From a virus (Duplodnaviria; Heunggongvirae; Uroviricota; Caudoviricetes): a DNA stretch of 37,406 nt. A program made the translations under genes and the position numbers. The stretch lies in IMG/VR virus record IMGVR_UViG_2778261667_000012, positions 1 to 37,406 of that record. The stretch is one strand, 5' to 3'. The notes under the pieces are model-generated. The model made no database searches, had not been told where the DNA came from, and saw only the letters and a list, made by a program, of their open reading frames with translations. Below are positions 1-7,795 of the stretch, piece by piece (the first letter of the stretch is position 1; each line of letters begins with the position of its first letter).

Positions 1-933
1 TCAGCCCTTAAACACGTTATAGCCGAGTTGTTTAGCGACCGATGCCACCATTTTTTGTCCGCGAACACTGTTGCCTTCTTCATCCAGCGGTGGCGAGAAC
101 GCGGCAATACCCATCACGCCAGGTACGACCGCCAGAATACCGCCGCCAACGCCGCTTTTTCCGGGCAACCCCACGCGATACGCCCAGTCACCGGAGCGAC
201 CATACAGTCCTTCCATCATCATTTCGGCCAGGATGTACGGTACATTATCGGCCTGAAGAATACGTTTTTGGCTTAGCGGATTAACACCGCCCGCCGCCAG
301 CGTCGCGCCAAGCGTCGCCAGTTCAACGGTATTGATAAGCGTGGAGCACTGACGGGTGTACACGTCGCAGGCTTCCATCGCATCGCAATAGAGGTATCCG
401 GAGGAATACAGTAGCCAGGCAATTGCGCGATTGTGGAAGTTGGTGGTCTGCTCTGACTGATTCACTTCATCAGAGAGCGCCACCTGCTCCCCAGCCAGTT
501 GTTGTTGGATGTGTAAAATCCGCTGCCAGCGTTGCTCGGCATTGTCGGCTTTGATCAGACTGGTAGTGGCGATAGCACCTGCATTCACCAGTGGCGACAA
601 CGGTTTGCCGCCATGAAGTTCTAAGGCGATGACTGAATTAAAAGGCAATCCGGTCGGGTCAGCGCCAATTTTGTCCTGAACCGCCTGCGAGCCGACATCT
701 TCCAGCGCGAGGGCTAACGTACAGACTTTCGAGATGGATTCCAGCGCAAAGCGGTAATCACTGTCACCCGCGCGATAGACGCTACCATCGCAAGTCACAA
801 TAGCCACTGCCGCCAGTTGGCTGGGGACATTCGCCAGAAAGGGAATGTAATCGGCATTTTGTCCGCCGCTCAGTGAATGATATTGGGTATATGCCTGGTC
901 CACTGCCTGCTGTAAATTTTTTGCATCTGACAT
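1..933 (-). CDS. glsA: Glutaminase (YbaS/GlsA1-type), complete gene; chromosomal flank
   Basis: 310-aa minus-strand ORF with stop at 1..3 and start at 931..933. Full-length similarity to enterobacterial glutaminase 1 as recalled (e.g. ...SKVCTLALALED..., C-terminus ...QLGYNVFKG). Confidence 0.9.
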   Translation of the reverse strand: MSDAKNLQQAVDQAYTQYHSLSGGQNADYIPFLANVPSQLAAVAIVTCDGSVYRAGDSDYRFALESISKVCTLALALEDVGSQAVQDKIGADPTGLPFNSVIALELHGGKPLSPLVNAGAIATTSLIKADNAEQRWQRILHIQQQLAGEQVALSDEVNQSEQTTNFHNRAIAWLLYSSGYLYCDAMEACDVYTRQCSTLINTVELATLGATLAAGGVNPLSQKRILQADNVPYILAEMMMEGLYGRSGDWAYRVGLPGKSGVGGGILAVVPGVMGIAAFSPPLDEEGNSVRGQKMVASVAKQLGYNVFKG

Positions 934-1156
934 CTTTTGTTAACTCCTTTTTATAGATGCGGGAGGTTATTCCTCACCCCGATGCCAATTTTCAGGCATC
1001 CTGATTTAACTTAGCACCCGCAAATTAACTACAGGAAAACAAAGAGATAATTGTCTGATTCTGATGGAAATTGAGCCAATTTTTTAATCTTCACTGACTT
1101 TTATCCTGGTGATTAATTAATTTCTTGACCTTCCCCTTGCTGGGAGGATCTCAATA

Positions 1157-1182
1157 GGCGCAGTACCGTAACATACTGCGCC
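1157..1182. repeat. Inverted repeat downstream of int (9-bp arms, 8-bp spacer); candidate att-region or recombinase/IHF site
   Basis: ggcgcagta-N8-tactgcgcc read directly, 20-45 bp beyond the int stop, not followed by a T-tract. Confidence 0.3.
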
Positions 1183-1201
1183 AATTCAACATTTTACAGA
1201 C

Positions 1202-2239
1202 TTAACTACCCTCTAAAATCCCCACTTTGCCTCCAAAGTGTGGACACAATGTGGACATTCCTACAAGAGGATTATAATTCACTGCATCCAATAAATAATC
1301 AGGTGCAAAATGAGCATATGTCATTGTTTGTGAAATATCTGCGTGACCAAGAATTCTTTGTAACGCAATTATATTCCCGCCCTTCATCATAAAATGAGTA
1401 GCAAACGTATGACGCAATGCATGAGCTGCCTGACCATCAGGTAAATTAGGTTTTGCCTCTTTCATTTTTAAACGAAAAGTTTTGTAACTCACACGAAAAA
1501 GTCGACCAGATTCTCGATGCCTTACAATATTTACAACCTCCTCTGAAATGGGAACAACTCGTCGGTCGCCATTTTTTGTAAGCGTAAATATCACCCTATT
1601 ACCCACAATATTTTCCGCTTTGAGCTGATAAGCCTCACCCCACCTCGCACCAGTTGCAAGCAAGAGAACAGCAATCCGGAAATAATCACCAGTACATAAG
1701 GATAATAACCGCTTAACCTCAGACTCGGTAAAGTAAGACATCTCAGTTTTTGGCTCTTTTAAAGCAGATATTGCCTCTACAGGATTATCCCCATGAAACT
1801 CATCGATCTCAGCCATCGCCTTAAACATACCGCTCAGAGCAAAAAGATCATGGTTAATCGTTGAAGCCTTTATACCTTGCCCCAATCTATATGCCCGGTA
1901 TTCGATAAGGCATCGACCATCAATCTGGTAAATCATGGGATCCCCCATATCCTGGCAAATACAGCTTAACGCACTAAGCCTACGATTAGCGTAGTTCTTA
2001 TTACGTCCAATGAGCTGCCACCACAAAGCGATAAACTCACTCAGTCGCCGCTTGTCTGCAGGACGACTCAGGTAGTCATGGTTCTGATACTTTGCAATGA
2101 TGCTTCGTTCAAAAGCATGCGCCTCCGCTTTTCTCTCAAACTTCCGCCGGATACGCTTTCCGTCGCGCCCGCGCGGCCTTACATCCACTTCATAGCGACC
2201 ATCTTCGAGCTTCTTAACAGACACAAGAAGCCCCTCCAA
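1202..2239 (-). CDS. int: Phage tyrosine integrase
   Basis: 345-aa ORF with tyrosine-recombinase C-terminal motifs (ATGARWGEA, HALRHTFATH, LGHADISQTMTYAH). Lies next to the repressor as in the P2 C-int arrangement. Confidence 0.9.
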   Translation of the reverse strand: MEGLLVSVKKLEDGRYEVDVRPRGRDGKRIRRKFERKAEAHAFERSIIAKYQNHDYLSRPADKRRLSEFIALWWQLIGRNKNYANRRLSALSCICQDMGDPMIYQIDGRCLIEYRAYRLGQGIKASTINHDLFALSGMFKAMAEIDEFHGDNPVEAISALKEPKTEMSYFTESEVKRLLSLCTGDYFRIAVLLLATGARWGEAYQLKAENIVGNRVIFTLTKNGDRRVVPISEEVVNIVRHRESGRLFRVSYKTFRLKMKEAKPNLPDGQAAHALRHTFATHFMMKGGNIIALQRILGHADISQTMTYAHFAPDYLLDAVNYNPLVGMSTLCPHFGGKVGILEGS

Positions 2240-2293
2240 CAGTCAGTTCGCCATCCTGAAAACAAATGGTGAAAATGTAATGTTTATAAAGCG

Positions 2294-2593
2294 TTAACCA
2301 ATCTGTTTCCCGGAGGGGCCAGATTGTGTTGTCTCTGGCCCAGTGTGTGCAAGAGCCGGGGCGATCTGACCTCGGCTAGGGTCTATACGGTCATACATGA
2401 ACCAATCTTGATACTTATGGAAACGGGGATGACCAAAGAGTTTGATCGCAGCCTCCAATGACATTTTCGCCTTGCCTAGCTCATAACCGTTGTACGTACC
2501 ATAATTTACACCAATCAAATCAGCAACTTGCTTAGATTTAAGGCGTTCTGAATCTCGGATTAACTGTAGTTTTTCATGTTGTGGTATTGACAT
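2294..2593 (-). CDS. Immunity repressor, P2 C-like
   Basis: 99-aa ORF with an N-terminal HTH (SKQVADLIGVNYGTYNGYE) and a C-terminal ...SGQIAPALAH... segment resembling P2 C as recalled. Divergent from the early operon. Confidence 0.75.
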   Translation of the reverse strand: MSIPQHEKLQLIRDSERLKSKQVADLIGVNYGTYNGYELGKAKMSLEAAIKLFGHPRFHKYQDWFMYDRIDPSRGQIAPALAHTGPETTQSGPSGKQIG

Positions 2594-2716
2594 AATATAT
2601 CAGATCTCTCATTGTATACATCAATTGACACTCGCAAGCGGCGTTGACCGCTCACAACACCAAGGGCTTGCTGAGCTAAACATGCCTCAACAAGCCTCAA
2701 GCAGTGGAGTTTATCA
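2594..2716. promoter_or_regulatory. Immunity switch region (early and repressor promoters/operators), inferred
   Basis: Intergenic region between divergent C-like and Cox-like genes; contains a TTGACA hexamer (about 2624). Placed by synteny with P2, individual promoter elements not resolved. Confidence 0.35.
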
Positions 2717-3179
2717 AATGAAAGAAATGCGAGAAAACGAATTAAATATGGAAACTCATTTTTTACGTCAGTTCCCGCTAGACAACGGACGAGCTCTGCG
2801 TACCTGCAAAATGACAGAAACACAAGCTGCGCGTATCAGAGACATCAGCCTAGAAGAGCTACAAAAACAAATCTTCGCCACTCCGGAAGAGTTTGCTTAT
2901 CTAACTGGTCGCACCCTCAAATCGGTGCGCAACCTGATGGATCGTGCGCAGGTGCCAGTTCATAGAGAAGGCATGCCCGGGTCAAAGCGCCCTAAACGCT
3001 TCATCATGTTGCAAGAATACTGGAAAGCTGTTGCTCATTGCCGCGCTCTCATCACTCCAGAAGAAAAACACTACATTGATCGTCTGATGCGTGACAAGAA
3101 GACTTATCGCCGCACAACCGGTAAAGAGCATCGGGTTCTAAAACGCAATAGCATCAGTGCACTGCAGGCAGGACTATAA
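2717..3179 (+). CDS. Cox-like early regulator/excisionase-type protein (start ambiguous: 2625, 2681 or 2717)
   Basis: GGAG-type RBS about 10 nt before the ATG at 2717. Internal segment EEFAYLTGRTLKSVRNLMDRAQVPV resembles the P2 Cox DNA-binding region as recalled. First gene of the rightward early operon. Confidence 0.45.
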
Positions 3180-3181
3180 AC

Positions 3182-3595
3182 ATGAATACTGATAGCACAG
3201 ATAAAGAGCTACTGGAACGACTGGAAACCCTGAAAAACGAAAAACCACACCAGAAGCTTTTGCTGGTTTTTCCGGGCAAACCACAGGTTGAAGTCAGCAT
3301 TGACTACCACGAATTACACAGAACGTTCGCTGACCTGATGGCATTTAAATCAAAGCTTCAGAATGGCGAAGATTTGAAAGATGTCACCCTACGTCCCGAC
3401 GATGAATACGGTCATTTTTGTCGAGATGACGTCAAAGAGACGATTGGAATGATTTTAGAACCAATATACGGCGTTGCGCTCCGTTTTCCCGCCAAAGAAG
3501 TCTTTGAGCTTTATCGACAAATTTTAAGCAGTGACAACATGGTTATTGAGGTCGGAAATGTGCCAGAGAAAATCTCCGGCACTGGAGTTAAATAA
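3182..3595 (+). CDS. Hypothetical early protein
   Basis: 137-aa ORF starting immediately after the previous gene; no family recognised. Confidence 0.5.
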   Translation: MNTDSTDKELLERLETLKNEKPHQKLLLVFPGKPQVEVSIDYHELHRTFADLMAFKSKLQNGEDLKDVTLRPDDEYGHFCRDDVKETIGMILEPIYGVALRFPAKEVFELYRQILSSDNMVIEVGNVPEKISGTGVK

Positions 3596-3778
3596 TCACT
3601 CAGGAAGAATCCATGTACTTGCCTGAGGATATTTCCTTAACGCAAGAGTACGCAAGTCATTCGCGAGCTGACGAATGGTTTTTGATGGCTCCCCTTTATT
3701 CGGAGGATTGATCGGCGCTTCCCCTAACACAGAAATTGCCGCATTTAGCGCATCAATAACCTTTTTATCATAGGACAT
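3596..3778 (-). CDS. Small hypothetical protein (60 aa) on the opposite strand inside the early region
   Basis: ATG at 3776-3778 (minus) with an AAGGA RBS 5-6 nt upstream; convergent, tail-to-tail with 3182..3595. The longer 3596..4012 ORF in the track is probably an over-extension. Confidence 0.35.
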   Translation of the reverse strand: MSYDKKVIDALNAAISVLGEAPINPPNKGEPSKTIRQLANDLRTLALRKYPQASTWILPE

Positions 3779-3860
3779 ATTTATTCCTTTGTGGTTGGTT
3801 GAACACGCGCCCTTTACAGCCCCTTCAAGACTGCGGGCGGTGGAAAAATACCACAAAACC

Positions 3861-4271
3861 ATGCGCCGGGCATGGCTAAAACCCGGCACAAATTCGCAAC
3901 AGCAGCAGGATATTTTTTGTATGAAGCAACGACGTAATTCTTCACGGCAGCGATTCCGCAACGGTGCGGAACGCCATGCTAACCGTTTCGCTACCAGTGC
4001 ATCACGTAGCAACTCTCGCTACAGCCTGAGCGAAACACACGCAACGCCGGATGGCTACCCAGTAAAACAAATCGGCGAGCACGCCTGGTTGATTGAGAAA
4101 GCTGGAATCGTGGTCCACAAATGCCCACGCAATCCGTTTACTGGAAACCGCATTTTTGCACTGAGCAGCGGCGACAATCAGTTCGGGCAGGATTTCACAT
4201 TATACGAAGCACTTCGCACGGTTGATCGTCTGCTTCGCGGACAAAGTTTTATTAAACAGGTTGATTTATAA
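3861..4271 (+). CDS. Hypothetical protein with basic Arg/Ser-rich N-terminus (start uncertain: 3861 or 3921)
   Basis: Open frame with a structured-looking C-terminal half (…KQIGEHAWLIEKAGIVVHKCPRNPF…); no strong RBS, so the start is not resolved. Confidence 0.35.
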   Translation: MRRAWLKPGTNSQQQQDIFCMKQRRNSSRQRFRNGAERHANRFATSASRSNSRYSLSETHATPDGYPVKQIGEHAWLIEKAGIVVHKCPRNPFTGNRIFALSSGDNQFGQDFTLYEALRTVDRLLRGQSFIKQVDL

Positions 4272-4281
4272 CAGGTGATTT

Positions 4282-4560
4282 ATGACCAAAGAGTATGCAC
4301 AAGGTGTATTTATCCGTTTTATTGATTTTCGCGGTGAACTGTTATTACGTGCATCAGCTATTGATGCTGTAGCCCAGGCAGAAAAAAAAGCAGTTACTCA
4401 CGTTTATGCGAACAACGCGCAACTGATCGTGGAGCTTCCGTACCAGACCGTTCGCAAAGCCATTAACGAAGCTGAAAAAGCGCGCCAGGCTAATAGCGAT
4501 GAACCCTATATCGAAATTATTTGTATGGATTCAGAAGCTGAAATTAAGAAAGCAGATTAA
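4282..4560 (+). CDS. Hypothetical early protein
   Basis: 92-aa ORF in the early operon; no family recognised. Confidence 0.5.
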   Translation: MTKEYAQGVFIRFIDFRGELLLRASAIDAVAQAEKKAVTHVYANNAQLIVELPYQTVRKAINEAEKARQANSDEPYIEIICMDSEAEIKKAD

Positions 4561-4568
4561 AGGGCGTT

Positions 4569-4814
4569 GTGATGGGCAAAGAATATAAAACTCTCATTAA
4601 CAAAGCACTTGAGCGTTTTTATTTTCGCTTAAGCGCATCAGGCGCTCATGCTGAACGTGCAGCCCGTGACTCATTGACCAGGGCAATCCGGAGTCTGTAT
4701 GACGTGGCTTTTTACGCTGATGATCTGGATGCACTTAACGAACTTTCCGAGCTGATCTGTGCCGCAGAATGCGGGGAACATATTGAACCGTATAAGCTGG
4801 GGAATATTGCATGA
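4569..4814 (+). CDS. Hypothetical early protein
   Basis: 81-aa ORF, tightly packed after the previous gene. Confidence 0.5.
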   Translation: MMGKEYKTLINKALERFYFRLSASGAHAERAARDSLTRAIRSLYDVAFYADDLDALNELSELICAAECGEHIEPYKLGNIA

Positions 4815-4924
4815 GTATATTTATCTCATGGCTTGTTCTGATTATTTCGGTGGCCTGCGCCATTGGGATTATGCGAATTATTCATTCAGTAAAAAAGATT
4901 GAACGCTTTTTCACTGGTGAATAA
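4811..4924 (+). CDS. Small single-TM membrane peptide (37 aa), not in the ORF track
   Basis: ATGA start/stop overlap with the upstream gene. Translation MSIFISWLVLIISVACAIGIMRIIHSVKKIERFFTGE has a hydrophobic helix and a basic tail. Confidence 0.3.
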   Translation: MSIFISWLVLIISVACAIGIMRIIHSVKKIERFFTGE

Positions 4925-5017
4925 CGATACAAATAAAACATCAAATTAAATAAGAAAACGTGAAAACCATCCGTATTAACGGAGGTATTCGCACACGCAA
5001 ATAACGGAGATACAAAA

Positions 5018-5428
5018 ATGCACGCAAAAGAAGAAGGTATCATCAGAGCACTGAAAGAAATTTCAAAGACAGAAAACGAAGTAGCGAAAAAAGCCGTGGC
5101 AAATGCACATATGGACGTCGCAACCCACACACTGATAGTCGCAAGAGTCACGGCAGAAGCAGCCAAAATTATCGCAAAACAGGATGCTGAACTAACGGTT
5201 CTCAGAACACAACCAGTCACCGGACTGGATTTGTCTAACACCGGACGCCTTATTTACACAATTGGCTCGGAGCCACAGCAATACACCATTATCGCCGGAT
5301 TGCAGGACAAATACCTGATTACCCCTTACCCCATAAGAGAGTCAGAAATTCTGACAAATCTCCGCCTGATAGAGCGCTCTCAAGTTGCATTCATTGATGA
5401 CGCCCAACACACCGTATTTAACGCATAG
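5018..5428 (+). CDS. Hypothetical early protein
   Basis: 136-aa ORF with a GGAG RBS upstream. Confidence 0.5.
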   Translation: MHAKEEGIIRALKEISKTENEVAKKAVANAHMDVATHTLIVARVTAEAAKIIAKQDAELTVLRTQPVTGLDLSNTGRLIYTIGSEPQQYTIIAGLQDKYLITPYPIRESEILTNLRLIERSQVAFIDDAQHTVFNA

Positions 5429-5451
5429 GGTTACTGGACAAAGGGGGCGCA

Positions 5452-5655
5452 ATGGCAATTAAGCGTTTTTCCGTCATTCGTTTCACCTCCAGAGGGCGTG
5501 AATACGAAGTTGACGAACGGCTGATTAAAACGATCGACCGTCACCGTTCGCAACCTGACGCGCATCACATTTATCTCACTGACGACACTTACTTCTGCGC
5601 CACCAACGTGGTGCAGGTGAATCTTATCCGACAGGTACAAGAGTCACGCAGATGA
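5452..5655 (+). CDS. Hypothetical small protein
   Basis: 67-aa ORF, translationally coupled (ATGA) to the next gene. Confidence 0.45.
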   Translation: MAIKRFSVIRFTSRGREYEVDERLIKTIDRHRSQPDAHHIYLTDDTYFCATNVVQVNLIRQVQESRR

Positions 5656-5918
5656 CCATTCTGGACTATATCGCTACTCATCCGGGTTGTAGCGGCGGAG
5701 AAATCGCCGCAGCACTGAATACTCCAACCACAGCCATTAATGCTGAGTTACGCCGACTTTGGCGCAGCGGCTTAGTCATCAGAACAAACCGCAGCACAGG
5801 TGGTCACGCTCGCAAAACAGGAGGCCGGGCTTCTTACCACGTAAACCCGATGCCGTTCGGGTGTGGCAACCCACTAACCCACATGTTTAACCAGCTACTG
5901 AAGGAAGCCAGAGCATGA
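5652..5918 (+). CDS. Putative winged-helix DNA-binding protein
   Basis: 88-aa ORF; the N-terminal segment (YIATHPGCSGGEIAAALNTPTTAINAELRRLWRSGLV) looks like a winged-helix HTH. Confidence 0.4.
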   Translation: MTILDYIATHPGCSGGEIAAALNTPTTAINAELRRLWRSGLVIRTNRSTGGHARKTGGRASYHVNPMPFGCGNPLTHMFNQLLKEARA

Positions 5919-6037
5919 GCACCATCAACCACCAGGAACCACGCGAACTGGCGACTGCCGTACAAAGAATGTCTACCCAAAAATCACTGCCATTCCGTGT
6001 GAGCCCTGTCCGACGGGTACAGGAGTCACACGGATGA
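5915..6037 (+). CDS. Small hypothetical protein (40 aa), not in the ORF track
   Basis: ATGA-coupled at both ends; its C-terminus (…RRVQESHG) and 3' junction DNA are paralogous to the end of 5452..5655. Confidence 0.25.
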   Translation: MSTINHQEPRELATAVQRMSTQKSLPFRVSPVRRVQESHG

Positions 6038-6234
6038 ACAGAAGGAGAATTACACGCAGACATCGCCGCACGCGCCTGAGCTCCCCGCCAACACTAAAGG
6101 AACTCATTCAAAGCGAGATCGGTGATTTCTTCGCTGGGTTTGGATCACCTGGCGAACCAGAAACACCAGAAGCGATGCAGCGCGAACTCATGATGCGCAT
6201 CGACAACGTTTTCGATTTTTTCCTTAACCAGTAA
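6034..6234 (+). CDS. Hypothetical small protein
   Basis: 66-aa ORF, coupled start. Confidence 0.4.
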   Translation: MNRRRITRRHRRTRLSSPPTLKELIQSEIGDFFAGFGSPGEPETPEAMQRELMMRIDNVFDFFLNQ

Positions 6235-6248
6235 GAGAGCAAATCACA

Positions 6249-6800
6249 ATGAAACTCAAACCAATGGGTACTCCTGGTGTGGCTCCGGCACATGTAAAGC
6301 CATGGACACAGCAGGAGGATGAACTTTTAGCCACGTTATACCACTCCCACACAGCGCCGGAGCTGACAAAGCACCTTCAGAGAACCGAGTCAGCAATACG
6401 AAGCCGCATTCGTCTTTTGCTCTCTCAGGGGGTTATTCACGCCAAACGCCCCCACCTGAGCACAAAAGAACTTAGCATGCTCATCAGGAATCGCCACACA
6501 AAAACTATCCGGGAACTCGCGAATGAGTTGGGGCGCTCGCCATCCACGGTGGAACTGAACCTGAGAAAAAGAGGGTATCGGTTCAGGAAATACGGGGAAC
6601 TCCACCACAGAACCAGATACAGCGATCACCTGGTGGAGTTGGTAACTGAACTGCGTGATGAGAAGGGGATGACATTCAGCGAAATCAGGAAGCACATCCG
6701 GGACACAGCCGGGATATCCCTTAAAAGATGGGTTCCCGCCCGGCTTTACGCACGATATACCGCCGCTGACACCGTGCTTTGCGAACTGCTACCGGACTGA
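6249..6800 (+). CDS. Putative DNA-binding protein (Myb/SANT-like or HTH repeats)
   Basis: 183-aa ORF with PWTQQEDELL-type and …TIRELANELGRSPSTV… helix-turn-helix-like segments; the function is inferred. Confidence 0.4.
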   Translation: MKLKPMGTPGVAPAHVKPWTQQEDELLATLYHSHTAPELTKHLQRTESAIRSRIRLLLSQGVIHAKRPHLSTKELSMLIRNRHTKTIRELANELGRSPSTVELNLRKRGYRFRKYGELHHRTRYSDHLVELVTELRDEKGMTFSEIRKHIRDTAGISLKRWVPARLYARYTAADTVLCELLPD

Positions 6801-6816
6801 GTAACCACTATGCACA

Positions 6817-7051
6817 CACAAAAAAACCGCTTGCCATGCCGCAATCAGTCAGGTTACATTTCCGCTGCGCCTCATAAAACGGGTGCCGGGATTGGAACCC
6901 CGCAGACTAACAGAGCGCACAACCGCGCCAGCGGTTTTTTTGTGCGTGCCGTATCGCCACGTCTTTTTCGCGTCAGAATTATGGTGGGGCGTACAGGGCC
7001 AGCATCAGCTGGGCCGGGTCCTCTGTTAGCCGGTAGTTCCAACCCTGTACG
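6817..7051. ncRNA. Structured non-coding region; candidate sRNA or regulatory/ori-like element
   Basis: 15-nt perfect inverted repeat (6817-6831 / 6930-6944) ending in a T7 run, plus a second 9-nt inverted repeat (6990-6998 / 7043-7051). The overlapping ORF 6810..7427 is low-complexity. Confidence 0.25.
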
Positions 7052-7120
7052 TCTCACCACCCCGAGCTTGGAACCTCTGGATGGTGAGTTTTCAAAACTG
7101 ACTAACAGAGAGGCCACATC

Positions 7121-7351
7121 ATGGCAAACCGCAAACAGCACCGCGCTATCGCGGAGCGTCGTCACATCCAGACTGAAATCGACCGCAGACTCACCCGCGC
7201 TGCACACATCGCCTTTATCATGCAATCCAACACATTGCACAGACTCAACAGCACTATTTCAGCCGACTACTGCGCCGCTGTATTCAGCTATCTGGCGGAA
7301 GACCTCCTGTCTCTTCAGGATCTCATCCAGCAGCAAAACAAACTCCATTAA
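7121..7351 (+). CDS. Hypothetical small protein
   Basis: 76-aa ORF with a GAGAGG RBS about 8 nt upstream. Confidence 0.3.
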   Translation: MANRKQHRAIAERRHIQTEIDRRLTRAAHIAFIMQSNTLHRLNSTISADYCAAVFSYLAEDLLSLQDLIQQQNKLH

Positions 7352-7423
7352 TTCCTGTTCCGGGCCTTTCCTGCACCTTGCGGCGGGAGGCCTTCGCACA
7401 TCTGTAACAAGAGGATTGCCGCA

Positions 7424-7789
7424 ATGATTCTCGCCAACGACTTTCTTGAATACCTGCTCAACACAGAGCGTGATCTTGCCGTTCGCGTGCGTGAACGTTA
7501 TGACATGTACCTGAAATCCCTGCCTGTACCGCAGCTCGCTGACGGAAAGATTGTTATTGATGGTCGCTACATGATTGACAGCCACGAGGGAAATTACAGG
7601 CTTTACCGCATTGAAGGTGGCACCCCGTCCGTTATTGGCATTTACCAGCGCCCATCCTCTGCAATCGTCGATGTGATTGCCGACAGCATCCGCATCACAC
7701 ACCACCATGCCGACACAGAAGACACTGTGCTGGAGATTCAGCGGCTGGCTGCCGTTTGTCGTGACACTCTGAACGGAATGACGAAGTAA
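7424..7789 (+). CDS. Hypothetical protein immediately upstream of replication gene A
   Basis: 121-aa ORF; position is analogous to the small ORFs preceding A in P2. Confidence 0.5.
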   Translation: MILANDFLEYLLNTERDLAVRVRERYDMYLKSLPVPQLADGKIVIDGRYMIDSHEGNYRLYRIEGGTPSVIGIYQRPSSAIVDVIADSIRITHHHADTEDTVLEIQRLAAVCRDTLNGMTK

Positions 7790-7795
7790 ATCAGT

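Noticed and set aside
3596-4012. Full 138-aa version of the minus-strand ORF
   Set aside because: The upstream two-thirds is Cys/Arg-rich low complexity with no RBS; only the terminal 60 aa (3596..3778) has a credible start and RBS.
6810-7427. 205-aa plus-strand ORF
   Set aside because: Pro/Ser/Thr/Arg-rich low-complexity translation spanning the structured non-coding region; the DNA is better explained by the inverted repeats and the shorter ORF 7121..7351.
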